Positions 1-8,647 of a stretch of 26,603 nucleotides of DNA are shown here, in pieces. The notes under the pieces were generated by a model. That model was not told the DNA's origin and searched no databases. It was given only the letters and a program-made list of their open reading frames with translations. The translations under genes were made by a program, and so were the position numbers. The stretch's first letter is position 1. Every line of letters begins with the position of its first letter. This stretch comes from a virus (Duplodnaviria > Caudoviricetes): positions 1-26,603 of the IMG/VR virus record IMGVR_UViG_3300006162_000048; one strand, 5' to 3'.

Positions 1-1193
1 CGGTCGATCGAGGATTTGTCCTGTTTCATGCGCCCGATATATTCGGTTGATCCCATGCCATGCGTATTGCATGCGGCGATGATGACGCAATCAGGATGGC
101 GTGGCACTACCTTATCCGGGAAGTTGTAGAGGGGCGTGCTAGTAGCTTGATTGAATCCCACTACAGCGTTGGCGATGCTGCCGTCGAATTCATCGAATAG
201 GCAGACCCCGCCGTGTTCCCATGCTTCGCGGAAGGGCGTGCGCACATAGTTACCGTTGGCGTCCGTGTAGCCGATTGCGTCGTGTTTGGCAGTGAGGGAG
301 CCGTGAGAGTAAAAAGCAAGGCCGAGCGCCTTAGCGGCTTCCAGTGCGGCGCGGGTCTTGCCGCTGCCAGCGGGACCTACGAGCCAGACGTTCATGCGCA
401 TGCCGTCCGATTCGACAGCGGAAAGCACTTGGAGCAGTTCGGGGAATTGGCGATGAGTGAGTCCCTCGACGCGGATATCGGGCATTCCGGCGCGCGTGAT
501 TGTGAGCGTGCGTGGCGTGCCGTCGATGAGGGCGCGTACACGTTCGACAATCTCATCAATGCTTGGCAGTTCTGCAGCGGGCGCGGCTGCCGGGGCGTTG
601 CTGGCGACTGTTGCGACGAATGCGGCGACAGCGGCAGCGAGTGCATCGTTTTTGGCGGGAATGTTGGCAATCCCCATGACTGCGCCGGATGCAATTGCGT
701 CCTTCTCGCTGGCGCGGATGGCAGCGGCTAAGTCTTGCGCTGCTTGCTGTTGCTCTTGCTGGCGTTCTTCCTCGCTCTTGCCCTTGGAATCCTGCTTGGA
801 TTCGCCCTCGCCCTCTTGCTGCTCGCGTTCTTCGTTGTCTTGCTGCTCCTGCTCGCTGCCTTCTTCATCGGAGGATGATTCGCTGCCGTTCTCAGCGTCA
901 TCCATGCGTGCATTGGAATCGCCTGCTTTTTTGGAATCAACCGCTGCGCCTTCTTCTGCATCGGGCTTTGCTTCGCTGATATCCTTGCCTTCTGCGCCGT
1001 CGATATCGTTCCAGCCCCATGCGGTACGGGCATACAGAGCATTGCGTACCCGGTCGCGTTCGCTGTCATGGGCTTTGCTGATCCATGCGCACAGATCCGC
1101 CTTATCGGTTCTATCGTAATCGCCGCGCCATCCAAGGCTATGCGCCACGGTAACCACGGCATTCTTGTTGAGCTTGCTCGTATCAATAGCCAT
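1..1193 (-). CDS. MoxR/CobS-like AAA+ ATPase with long acidic N-terminal linker (3' end outside window)
   Basis: Hand translation from ATG at 1193 (purine-rich GAAGGGAAAG upstream) stays open to the window edge. It reads MAIDTSKLNKNAVV..., Walker A VWLVGPAGSGKT, GYTDANG..TPFREAWEHGG, Walker B CLFDE, sensor-I region IIAACNT, and ends KSSIDR at the arginine-finger position. Absent from the ORF track because it has no stop in the window. Confidence 0.9.
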   Translation of the reverse strand, partial: MAIDTSKLNKNAVVTVAHSLGWRGDYDRTDKADLCAWISKAHDSERDRVRNALYARTAWGWNDIDGAEGKDISEAKPDAEEGAAVDSKKAGDSNARMDDAENGSESSSDEEGSEQEQQDNEEREQQEGEGESKQDSKGKSEEERQQEQQQAAQDLAAAIRASEKDAIASGAVMGIANIPAKNDALAAAVAAFVATVASNAPAAAPAAELPSIDEIVERVRALIDGTPRTLTITRAGMPDIRVEGLTHRQFPELLQVLSAVESDGMRMNVWLVGPAGSGKTRAALEAAKALGLAFYSHGSLTAKHDAIGYTDANGNYVRTPFREAWEHGGVCLFDEFDGSIANAVVGFNQATSTPLYNFPDKVVPRHPDCVIIAACNTHGMGSTEYIGRMKQDKSSID

Positions 1194-1221
1194 TATCACT
1201 TTCCCTTCGCTGTTATGGTTT

Positions 1222-1262
1222 GTGCAAGAGGGACCATCCCTCTCGCACGTATGACTGTATCA
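1222..1262 (-). promoter_or_regulatory. Putative extended -10 promoter and 5' leader hairpin of the leftward transcript
   Basis: Minus strand reads TGATACAGT (TGn plus -10-like, 1262-1254). About 6 nt later comes a 12-bp hairpin GTGCGAGAGGGA-TGG-TCCCTCTTGCAC (1248-1222, one G-U), then the RBS and ATG at 1193. Confidence 0.45.
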
Positions 1263-1306
1263 GTGATATATGGTTCCGTGCGATACATGACGCATAGACG
1301 GTATGC

Positions 1307-1594
1307 CGCGACAGGCACGATCCGCCGAGCTACGGCAACCGAAACGCGACAGGGGCGACCGTCCCAGGTACGCGCAAACAGTCATGGAAAACGTATTGCG
1401 GCGCATGATGGGTGGGACAATCTTCCCCGTCCGGCACCGGGTTGCCACTTTTCGTCACATGTCCCGCGTGGGTCAACAGCGGCGCGCTGGCGACTGTTGA
1501 CTGTGCCGGGGCGCGCTGCACTGCTGTCGCGCCGGTCGCTTCCCGTACCTGGGTGGGTGGTCGCTGTTGCGGTGGCGTTTTCGCAACGGAGCGA
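1307..1594. repeat. Non-coding region of short motifs repeated in inverted orientation, with local hairpins
   Basis: CCCAGGTACG 1363-1372 / CGTACCTGGG 1544-1553; CGCGACAG 1307-1314 and 1345-1352 / CTGTCGCG 1524-1531; GCGACCG 1355-1361 / CGGTCGC 1533-1539; GAAAACG 1387-1393 / CGTTTTC 1576-1582; hairpin GTCAACAG..CTGTTGAC 1472-1501. Confidence 0.6.
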
Positions 1595-1732
1595 TGGGCC
1601 GCGAGGACGAGCGTGGCGTTGACTCCACATCTATCCTCCCCCAAAAAAAATAATCGTTGAGTGGCAAAAAAAGTGTTGCTGGTCAACGGCTTATGGCTCT
1701 ACGCGCAGGTAACTAGGGGGGTATGGCTTGGT

Positions 1733-1910
1733 TTGGGTGTCAAAAAGAGGCAACCCAATGCTGTGTGGGTGGAGCAGAACCCGCCGTATTTCCCTCTCAA
1801 CGTGCCGAAATGTGTGATTCGGCGACCCCTCTGCGTATGCGCGAACCTTCGGTTCGTGCCAAGGCATTGCTATGCCTTGGTTTCGGCAGCATCCCTGTGC
1901 AGGATGGGGT
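1733..1910. other. Cluster of stem-loops (candidate structured RNA or regulatory element)
   Basis: Stems at 1733-1758, 1804-1823, 1839-1859, 1859-1880 (perfect 9-bp CCAAGGCAT-TGCT-ATGCCTTGG) and 1890-1906. Long-range pairing TGCCGAAA 1803-1810 / TTTCGGCA 1881-1888. Confidence 0.5.
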
Positions 1911-1961
1911 GTGAGCAGGAGGGTATGTTGCCGCTAGGGGTTCACCAGTTGGGCAGGGCTG

Positions 1962-1988
1962 TTGCATCACCCCGGTTGCTGCTATTCT
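1962..1988 (+). promoter_or_regulatory. Putative promoter for the terL/late operon
   Basis: Extended -10 TGCTATTCT (1980-1988) with TTGCAT at 1962-1967. The spacer is short (15 nt). It lies ~35 nt upstream of the proposed terL start. Confidence 0.35.
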
Positions 1989-2023
1989 GCTACTGCCGAT
2001 TCTCCTTTGCAAGCGGGTTTTGT

Positions 2024-3799
2024 ATGCCGGTGGCACGATTTCCAACGGAGTTGTTCTGGAACTTTTGTTCCAGCCTAGCCATCGAGTCCAAGGAAAAGGG
2101 TTTGATTACCCTGGCCAAGGATCAAATACTCGGCACGCAAAGATATGTGATGGAGGAAATAGCCCGTGGGGTTGGTGAGGGCATACATTACTTCGTCATC
2201 CTCAAAGGTCGCCAGCAAGGGATCACCACCATCACCCAAGCCCTCGACCTGTTCTGGCACCTGCGTCATCCCGGCATGCAGGGGACAATGGTCGCCAACG
2301 ATGAGGTGAACCGCGATGTATTCAAAAGCACGTTCGCTATGTACCTGGAGGGCCTTCCGCGCCGCTGGAAGGTTCCGATTCTGGCTCATAACCGGACATT
2401 CATATCCTTTGCCAATAGATCACGGATGGTCTACCAGGTTGCCGGTAGCAGGAAGGGAGGGCAGCTTGGACGGGGCAAGGCGATCACGTATCTGCATGGC
2501 ACTGAGGTTAGCTCCTGGGGCGATGAAGAAGGACTGGCCTCCCTCATAGAATCCCTCGCCCAAAAGAATCCACAGAGATTGTACGTGTGGGAATCCACCG
2601 CCCGTGGCCCCAACATGTTCCAATCCATGTGGGAAATCGCCCAAAAATCAAGAACCCAGAAGGCAATCTTCGTGGGTTGGTGGAGAAACGAGTTCTACCG
2701 GGCAAGAAAAGGCGGCAAGGTCTACGAAACCTACTGGGACGGCAGACTCACCGCCGAAGAAAAACAGTGGGTCAAGGCCGTCAAGCAAATGTACGGCGTG
2801 GATATAGACGACACACAAATCGCTTGGTGGCGCTGGACAGTCAATGAGAGAATTGGCGACGAAACCCTGGCCTACCAGGAACACCCACCCACCGAGGAAT
2901 ACGCATTCGTCCTGACTGGATCACAGTTCTTCTCGATTACGAGGATCAACGATGCGTACAAGATTGCCCGGCGTGTTCCGTTCCAATGCTACAAATTCGG
3001 CTTTGGAACGCATTTCAAAGATACCGTTCTTGTTAAAACGAATCCAGCAAATGCAACCCTCCGAATCTGGGAAGCCCCTGTCCCAGGAGGAGTCTATGTT
3101 CTGGGGGCAGATCCAGCCTACGGATCTTCCGACTGGGCCGACAAATTCTGCGTCCAGGTCTACCGATGCTATTCCGACAAACTCATCCAAGTAGCCGAAT
3201 TTGCCGACGCAACCTGCAACGTCTACCAGTTCGCTTGGATCATCTGCTACCTCGCCGGAGCCTATAGGAATGCCTCCCTCAACCTCGAAACCAACGGCCC
3301 CGGTCATGCAGTTCTTGCTGAGTTGCGCAACATGCGGCTCACGGTTGGGACGATTGAGGGGGGTGGAAATCACGCCATTGCAGACGTTGCCTCCAACATC
3401 AAACACTATCTGTGGCGACGACCAGATTCCTACGGAACCACAAACTCCCTCCACTGGCTGACTACCAATAACTCCAAACACCGGATGTTCAACGCATTCA
3501 AGGACGGCTTCGAGCGCGATATCGTCATCGTCCACTCCCTTGATTGCCTCCAAGAAATGAAAACCATCGTCAACGACGAAGGCTCCATCGAAGCACCTGG
3601 CCGACTCAAAGACGACCGCTGCGTTGCATCATGCCTGGCAACCGTCATGTGGGTAGATGTAATCCGCGCAAAACTCGCACGGGCAGGTGCCACCTACGGC
3701 AGATCACAGTCGTTGGAAAAGGTAAACGAAAACGCTACCGCCAGCGTCGAACAACGCGCCGTCACCAACTACCTGCGCAAGATCGGCATAGCAGCATGA
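2024..3799 (+). CDS. terL: Terminase large subunit
   Basis: ATPase motifs ILKGRQQGITT (deviant Walker A), YLHGTE (Walker B position) and WESTA (coupling motif). RNase H-like nuclease motifs VLGADPAYG, NLETNG and DDRC. Start placed at ATG 2024 (or GTG 2030) rather than 1661 because the upstream 121 codons look non-coding and overlap hairpins and a promoter. Confidence 0.92.
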   Translation: MPVARFPTELFWNFCSSLAIESKEKGLITLAKDQILGTQRYVMEEIARGVGEGIHYFVILKGRQQGITTITQALDLFWHLRHPGMQGTMVANDEVNRDVFKSTFAMYLEGLPRRWKVPILAHNRTFISFANRSRMVYQVAGSRKGGQLGRGKAITYLHGTEVSSWGDEEGLASLIESLAQKNPQRLYVWESTARGPNMFQSMWEIAQKSRTQKAIFVGWWRNEFYRARKGGKVYETYWDGRLTAEEKQWVKAVKQMYGVDIDDTQIAWWRWTVNERIGDETLAYQEHPPTEEYAFVLTGSQFFSITRINDAYKIARRVPFQCYKFGFGTHFKDTVLVKTNPANATLRIWEAPVPGGVYVLGADPAYGSSDWADKFCVQVYRCYSDKLIQVAEFADATCNVYQFAWIICYLAGAYRNASLNLETNGPGHAVLAELRNMRLTVGTIEGGGNHAIADVASNIKHYLWRRPDSYGTTNSLHWLTTNNSKHRMFNAFKDGFERDIVIVHSLDCLQEMKTIVNDEGSIEAPGRLKDDRCVASCLATVMWVDVIRAKLARAGATYGRSQSLEKVNENATASVEQRAVTNYLRKIGIAA

Positions 3800-4320
3800 G
3801 CAGGAGAATGGCCCCCAACTGGGCAGATCGCTTCGACTACGCGATCCCCAAGCAAGAACTGCGCGCCAAGATCAAGGCCCTGCACGACGACCTCTCAACA
3901 CCCTGGACCTACGTGCGCATGTCCCGGGAATGCCGCCAGGGCAAGATCGGACCCAAAACCATCGAATATCTGGTCAACCACAACAAGCTCACCGACCAGT
4001 ACCAACTGATCCTATCGGCATTCATACAAGACATTGAATCTGGCAGGCTTCGGGTCTACTATAAAAACCCTGACGCCCGCCGTTGGGTTATGAAATCCGG
4101 CACCAAGGCCACCGTACCCCTGACAGGGGCACAACGCCTGGAACGCCAGAAAATGAACAAGGTGATCGTGGAATACTACCCAACCGCCGAAGGTGCCCCT
4201 CCACCCCAACGAAGGATGCAGGTCAACATCGGCTCCTTCGGTGCCCGCATCGCCCCCGTAGCCAAGAAACAAGTTGACCTTGGCATGCCCGACTTTGCCT
4301 CCGTATTCAAGGTGCGCTAA
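3796..4320 (+). CDS. Hypothetical basic protein, possible helix-turn-helix
   Basis: ATGA overlap with the terL stop; 174 aa beginning MSRRMAPNWADRF. Helical N-half; the HTH call is only an impression. Confidence 0.7.
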   Translation: MSRRMAPNWADRFDYAIPKQELRAKIKALHDDLSTPWTYVRMSRECRQGKIGPKTIEYLVNHNKLTDQYQLILSAFIQDIESGRLRVYYKNPDARRWVMKSGTKATVPLTGAQRLERQKMNKVIVEYYPTAEGAPPPQRRMQVNIGSFGARIAPVAKKQVDLGMPDFASVFKVR

Positions 4321-6227
4321 TGGGACAGCCAATCTCCCTCAACAGCCAGATACCAGGACAAACCCTGGCGGCTCCCAACAGCGTACCGGGCACGACTGTC
4401 GTCGGCCCAACAGGTACAAGATACACAGCCAACGCCAGCGGACAAGCCACCATCCTGCCGCAAGATGTGCAGGCAGTAATGGGATACGGCTGGACTCCGG
4501 TCTACACATCCGTCACCCTGGCATCCCCAGGTTGGAAGCCCGGTGTCTCATTCACCGCCCCATCGGGCACTACCTACACCGCAGGACCCACTGGCACGGC
4601 CATCATATCGGCACCGGATGTAGCCTATGCACTGCAAAACGGCTGGTCTGCAAATATACAAAACCCATTCGTTACCGGGGAAACAATCGGCTCAAAACTA
4701 CGCAGAGCACTAGCTAGAGCCAATGCGCAAAACCCGTGGAATACCCCACCACTGGTTGCCGAACCAACATGGGCAACCAACACCGCTTACGTAAATTCCG
4801 CACAAGTTGTGCAAAACGGCTACGTGTATGTTGCCGTAAACAACCCCGGAGGAACTTCCTCTGCCGCAGGGGTAGGACCACAACCAACCCAGGGCTTAAG
4901 CACGATTGCACAGATCGACGGAACTGGTGGAACCGTATATTGGACTTATCAAAGATCCGCAGAAACAACAAGTTCAGATCCTTCCGCACCAACAGTGGCA
5001 AGATCGGCCTCCGCATCGGTGAGCGCAACCAACCATGTTGTTTCCCCATTGGGAGGAACCGCTGTTGGCGGGGTCCCTGCAACATCCTTGGCAACAGCCC
5101 CCTACTCGTTTTCGGTGGGACATATCTTCTACGGTGGAGGATATTCGTACTTCGGCGCAAATTCCGTGTCCACAATGAACATGCTCAATTCTTCATTGGG
5201 ATACTCCAACACGGGAACCGTTGTCGCATCGAGCCTGCAAAACGGCATTGCCGCATGGAACCCGCAAACAGCAGGATCTAATTTTGGCGTTGCCAATAGC
5301 GCAAACCTTATTTTCTGGACGGACGCTTCCACCATAACCGTGCAGATGAACCCCGGAGGGGTCAGCGTATCTCCAACGCAACTGCTGGTCGGGGACGAAA
5401 GCGGGGAAAGGTTCTATCAGAGAAATACGCTGCCGCAGTTGGCAACCACTGGAGCGTACTACAACATTTCGTTCACCACGAAAAAGCCTAGGAAGATAAA
5501 GTTGCGCTGCCAGCATAACCTGGCTCTGACAGGAATCTATACGGCAGCTACCGATACGGTGTGGGCACCGCAACGATCCGATATGGTGACAGCCGTTTTC
5601 CACGGATCATCCATATTCGCCGGTGCCGGTGCATACAGCAGCACAAGCGCCGGTAGCGCGGTTGACGTAATGTGCGACTTGCTAGGGTGGGAGAATCCGG
5701 TTAATTCTTCCGTAAGTGGAACTGGTTTTTATGTTGCATCGGCATCGGGACAATCCATCCTGAATCGAATCACGGATTTCACATGGATGCAGCCCGATGT
5801 AATCATGATGCAGGTAGGGTATAACGACATAGGAAACTCTACGGCGGCAACGATTCAATCCGCGTTGTCCCAATTCGTTTCCACGGTGCGGGCGCAACCC
5901 GGATGCGCTACCACCGTGATAATCATTTCCTCTTGCTACGTTGCAAATCAGGCGATAACTCTTGCCCAATCGCAGCAGATGGAGGGTTGGATTCAACAGG
6001 GGATCGCTGCTGTCGGAGATAGCCTGACGTACTTCATTCCAATGAGCACAGATCCGAGTCCCTATGTTTTCGGAACTGGATATGCGCTTGCAGGACACCA
6101 GATCGGTGATGGCAATGCCGATTACGTTTTAGGTAGCGTTGGCTTGCACCCGACTCCGTATGGCTCAGTGTATCTTGGCTATCGTTGGGCCAGGAGCATC
6201 TCCCAGATAATCAGTCAAATCCAATGA
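4320..6227 (+). CDS. Multi-domain virion appendage protein with C-terminal SGNH/GDSL esterase domain
   Basis: TAATG coupling. Two 44-aa N-terminal repeats, then a CBM5/12-like WATNTAY..VVQNGYVYVAV segment. SGNH blocks VFHGSSI, NSSVSGTG, QVGYND and GLHPTPYG. Confidence 0.8.
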   Translation: MGQPISLNSQIPGQTLAAPNSVPGTTVVGPTGTRYTANASGQATILPQDVQAVMGYGWTPVYTSVTLASPGWKPGVSFTAPSGTTYTAGPTGTAIISAPDVAYALQNGWSANIQNPFVTGETIGSKLRRALARANAQNPWNTPPLVAEPTWATNTAYVNSAQVVQNGYVYVAVNNPGGTSSAAGVGPQPTQGLSTIAQIDGTGGTVYWTYQRSAETTSSDPSAPTVARSASASVSATNHVVSPLGGTAVGGVPATSLATAPYSFSVGHIFYGGGYSYFGANSVSTMNMLNSSLGYSNTGTVVASSLQNGIAAWNPQTAGSNFGVANSANLIFWTDASTITVQMNPGGVSVSPTQLLVGDESGERFYQRNTLPQLATTGAYYNISFTTKKPRKIKLRCQHNLALTGIYTAATDTVWAPQRSDMVTAVFHGSSIFAGAGAYSSTSAGSAVDVMCDLLGWENPVNSSVSGTGFYVASASGQSILNRITDFTWMQPDVIMMQVGYNDIGNSTAATIQSALSQFVSTVRAQPGCATTVIIISSCYVANQAITLAQSQQMEGWIQQGIAAVGDSLTYFIPMSTDPSPYVFGTGYALAGHQIGDGNADYVLGSVGLHPTPYGSVYLGYRWARSISQIISQIQ

Positions 6228-6239
6228 TGGAAAAATGAT

Positions 6240-6728
6240 ATGGCTATCATCAAGGAGTTCTCCTGTGAAACGCACGGTGTTTTTGAGTCCCGCTTTGCTG
6301 TCTGTCCTCATGGCTGCGTGGACGTTGAGCGTATTCACACTCGCGCTCCTGGCACCGTTTCTCGCCGCACTCGTAATATTGATGCTACCTTGGGTGGCAT
6401 TGCTAGTGACTACAAACTTTCGGATCTGTCCAACAAGAACGGATCGCTCGCCGCCAGCGTAGACAAGTACCAGCCACAGGCTCCGGCAGTACCAATGGAT
6501 CTGCAAGGAGCTATTGCCAGTCGCATGCAAGCCCTCGGCTCAAGATTCGGCGGCAACTTCACCCCAGGACCCAACGGCTCCTTCTGGCGCGACAACAGCG
6601 CCGCACAGAACCAGCCCAAGGCCAAGGTCAAGGGCCACATGGACACAATCTCCGGTGTTCCTAATAACATCCAGGTCGCCAGCGTCGTGCAAAGCGCATG
6701 CGATGCAAATGGAAAGGTGATTCGATGA
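6240..6728 (+). CDS. Zinc-ribbon (FmdB-like) protein
   Basis: N-terminal KEFSCETHGVFE....CPHGC metal-binding pattern; 162 aa. Confidence 0.7.
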   Translation: MAIIKEFSCETHGVFESRFAVCPHGCVDVERIHTRAPGTVSRRTRNIDATLGGIASDYKLSDLSNKNGSLAASVDKYQPQAPAVPMDLQGAIASRMQALGSRFGGNFTPGPNGSFWRDNSAAQNQPKAKVKGHMDTISGVPNNIQVASVVQSACDANGKVIR

Positions 6729-6949
6729 GTAAATCAGTTGTCTCACCCGTGCAGGATGAATACAGTTCCGCAAAACGCGGAAGCTATACATCCGGTGGAT
6801 CAAAGATCGGCCAGGACAAGTCTGCCGTTAAGGCTCCCAAGCGATCCATGAGTACGATGCCGGTTGTCGATGAGGTCAGCATCAAGAAGGCAAAGATCAT
6901 CGACAAGTGGAAGGGCCAGGGCAAGTGGCCCACGAAGGAATACTACTGA
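6725..6949 (+). CDS. Small Lys/Ser-rich hypothetical protein (74 aa)
   Basis: RBS AAAGGTG, ATGA overlap with the upstream stop and TGATG overlap with the portal start; begins MSKSVVSPVQDE. Confidence 0.7.
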   Translation: MSKSVVSPVQDEYSSAKRGSYTSGGSKIGQDKSAVKAPKRSMSTMPVVDEVSIKKAKIIDKWKGQGKWPTKEYY

Positions 6950-8646
6950 TGAAGATTCCACAGGAAGAATCAGAGCGCATCAACTTCTACAACAAGTTGA
7001 TCGAGAACTGCTTTGAGTCCCGCGAGGAGCGCAAGGGCTTCTACGCCACCATGCGCATGATGTACCTGTTCGGTTCCGAAATCGGCATCCTCAAGGACGG
7101 GCAGATCAACAAGATATTCCCCGCCATCGACTTGCTCTCCTCCTTCCTGTACGCCCAGGAAACCACCAGGTTTGCTATCTCCTGGGGCAAGTCCACAGAC
7201 AAGATCATGAACAAGTATTCGGCGGCTGTTAATGACGCCGTCAACGATGAATGGCTCAACTCCAACGCCGACTTCATCGCCAACGAGGCAACCAAATGGG
7301 GCCTCGTATACAACTCCATGATCGTGAAAATGGTGGTCCGTGCCCCCGAAGTGCATGCCCACTTGATTGCACCGCAGAATTTTGGGGTTTTGAGGGAGGA
7401 TTTGCCCTCCCTGGACCGGCAAGAAGCCGTCTGCGTGCGCTACATCATCACCAAAACCGAGCTAGAAACCCAGTTGGAAGGCCATCCAAAGGGTGCCGAT
7501 ATCATGGCTCGGGTGTCTGCCAGCACGGCAAACGACACCAACGAGACTAAATCGCCGGTAGAACGGCTGCTAATCACCGCTGGACCGGGCACCGGAAGCC
7601 CGAATATCACCGGGGAAGTGGACAATCCAACCCTCTACACCTTTGGTTATGAACCAAAAATCGGGGTGGATGTGGTCGAAATGTACGAATTGTACGTTTG
7701 GAACGATGCCATCAAGGATTATCAGATCGTTACGGTGGCTTCCCCCGGTGTTGTGATCTTTGATCGGCCTGCGGAGAACGCTGGCTGGATCAAACATGAG
7801 CTTCCCTTCATAAAATTCACGCCCAACCCCCTGCCCGATTACTTCTGGGGCCGTTCCGAGGTCGAATCCCTCATGGGATTGCAAAAACGGCGGGAATGGC
7901 TCGCTGGAATGCTGCAAAAACTGCTTGCATTGAATGCAACGCCCCCCAAAGCAGTCACGGGGGATGGCTGGACCGGGATTCAGGATGAAAAGTTCCTGGC
8001 CCTGGACGAACCCAACAGTTTCATCGCCAACGACAACCCAACAGCAACAGTCAAGGAATTCCGCCCGGAAATCCCCGGTGATCTATGGAAGGAGTTCTCC
8101 TATAACGATGAACAATTCATGGAGGAAATGGGAATTTCCAACGTGATGATGGGTAAAGGAGAACACGGTGTTCGATCCCAGTCGCAGACCAAATCCCTCG
8201 CAACCTTGGGAAGTAGCCGCGCTAAAAAGCGTGCGCTGGTTATCGAAGATTCACTGGAAAAAATGGCAACCATGTACGCAAAGTGCATGCGCCGTTTCGA
8301 TCCTAAGAAATATCGGGATGACGATGGACGCGAGTTTGTGTTCGAGCAACTCGAAGATGATTTTGTCATTAAAGTGGATGCCCACTCCAACAGCCCCCTA
8401 TTCATGGAGGATCAGCGGAGTATGGCAAACGAGTTGTTGCAGACCAAATCAATTACTCGCAAACGATTCTTGCAGTTGATGAATCCGCCCATGCTGCAAA
8501 CCCTGCTGGACGATCTGGAACAGAAGATCGAACCGGGGGAGCAGAAGGCACAGGAGCAAAAACGTCAGGACGAAATCGCAATCGAGGCTGCCAAGCACCC
8601 CGAGGGCGCACGCATACTTCAAGCCGTAGCGGCAAAGGGGAAATGA
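6949..8646 (+). CDS. Portal protein
   Basis: 565 aa lying between terL and the capsid genes. HELPFIKF..NPLPDYFWGRSEVESLMGLQ resembles P22/T7-type portal signatures; helical charged C-terminus. Confidence 0.85.
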   Translation: MKIPQEESERINFYNKLIENCFESREERKGFYATMRMMYLFGSEIGILKDGQINKIFPAIDLLSSFLYAQETTRFAISWGKSTDKIMNKYSAAVNDAVNDEWLNSNADFIANEATKWGLVYNSMIVKMVVRAPEVHAHLIAPQNFGVLREDLPSLDRQEAVCVRYIITKTELETQLEGHPKGADIMARVSASTANDTNETKSPVERLLITAGPGTGSPNITGEVDNPTLYTFGYEPKIGVDVVEMYELYVWNDAIKDYQIVTVASPGVVIFDRPAENAGWIKHELPFIKFTPNPLPDYFWGRSEVESLMGLQKRREWLAGMLQKLLALNATPPKAVTGDGWTGIQDEKFLALDEPNSFIANDNPTATVKEFRPEIPGDLWKEFSYNDEQFMEEMGISNVMMGKGEHGVRSQSQTKSLATLGSSRAKKRALVIEDSLEKMATMYAKCMRRFDPKKYRDDDGREFVFEQLEDDFVIKVDAHSNSPLFMEDQRSMANELLQTKSITRKRFLQLMNPPMLQTLLDDLEQKIEPGEQKAQEQKRQDEIAIEAAKHPEGARILQAVAAKGK

Positions 8647-8647
8647 C

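Noticed and set aside
213-1119. Plus-strand ORFs 213-731 and 457-1119
   Set aside because: Antisense shadows of the minus-strand AAA+ ATPase, which has clear motifs.
1303-1500. 65-aa ORF as terminase small subunit
   Set aside because: No RBS, too short, Arg-rich composition expected of GC-rich non-coding DNA, and it overlaps the inverted-motif element.
1661-2023. 121-codon N-terminal extension of terL in the ORF track
   Set aside because: Cys/Leu-rich non-protein-like sequence overlapping hairpins and a candidate promoter. The AGGAGG at 1918 is too close to ATG 1925 to be a good RBS.
1194-2023. tRNA or known riboswitch in the non-coding region
   Set aside because: No cloverleaf with D and T-loop consensus, and no riboswitch consensus recognised by eye.
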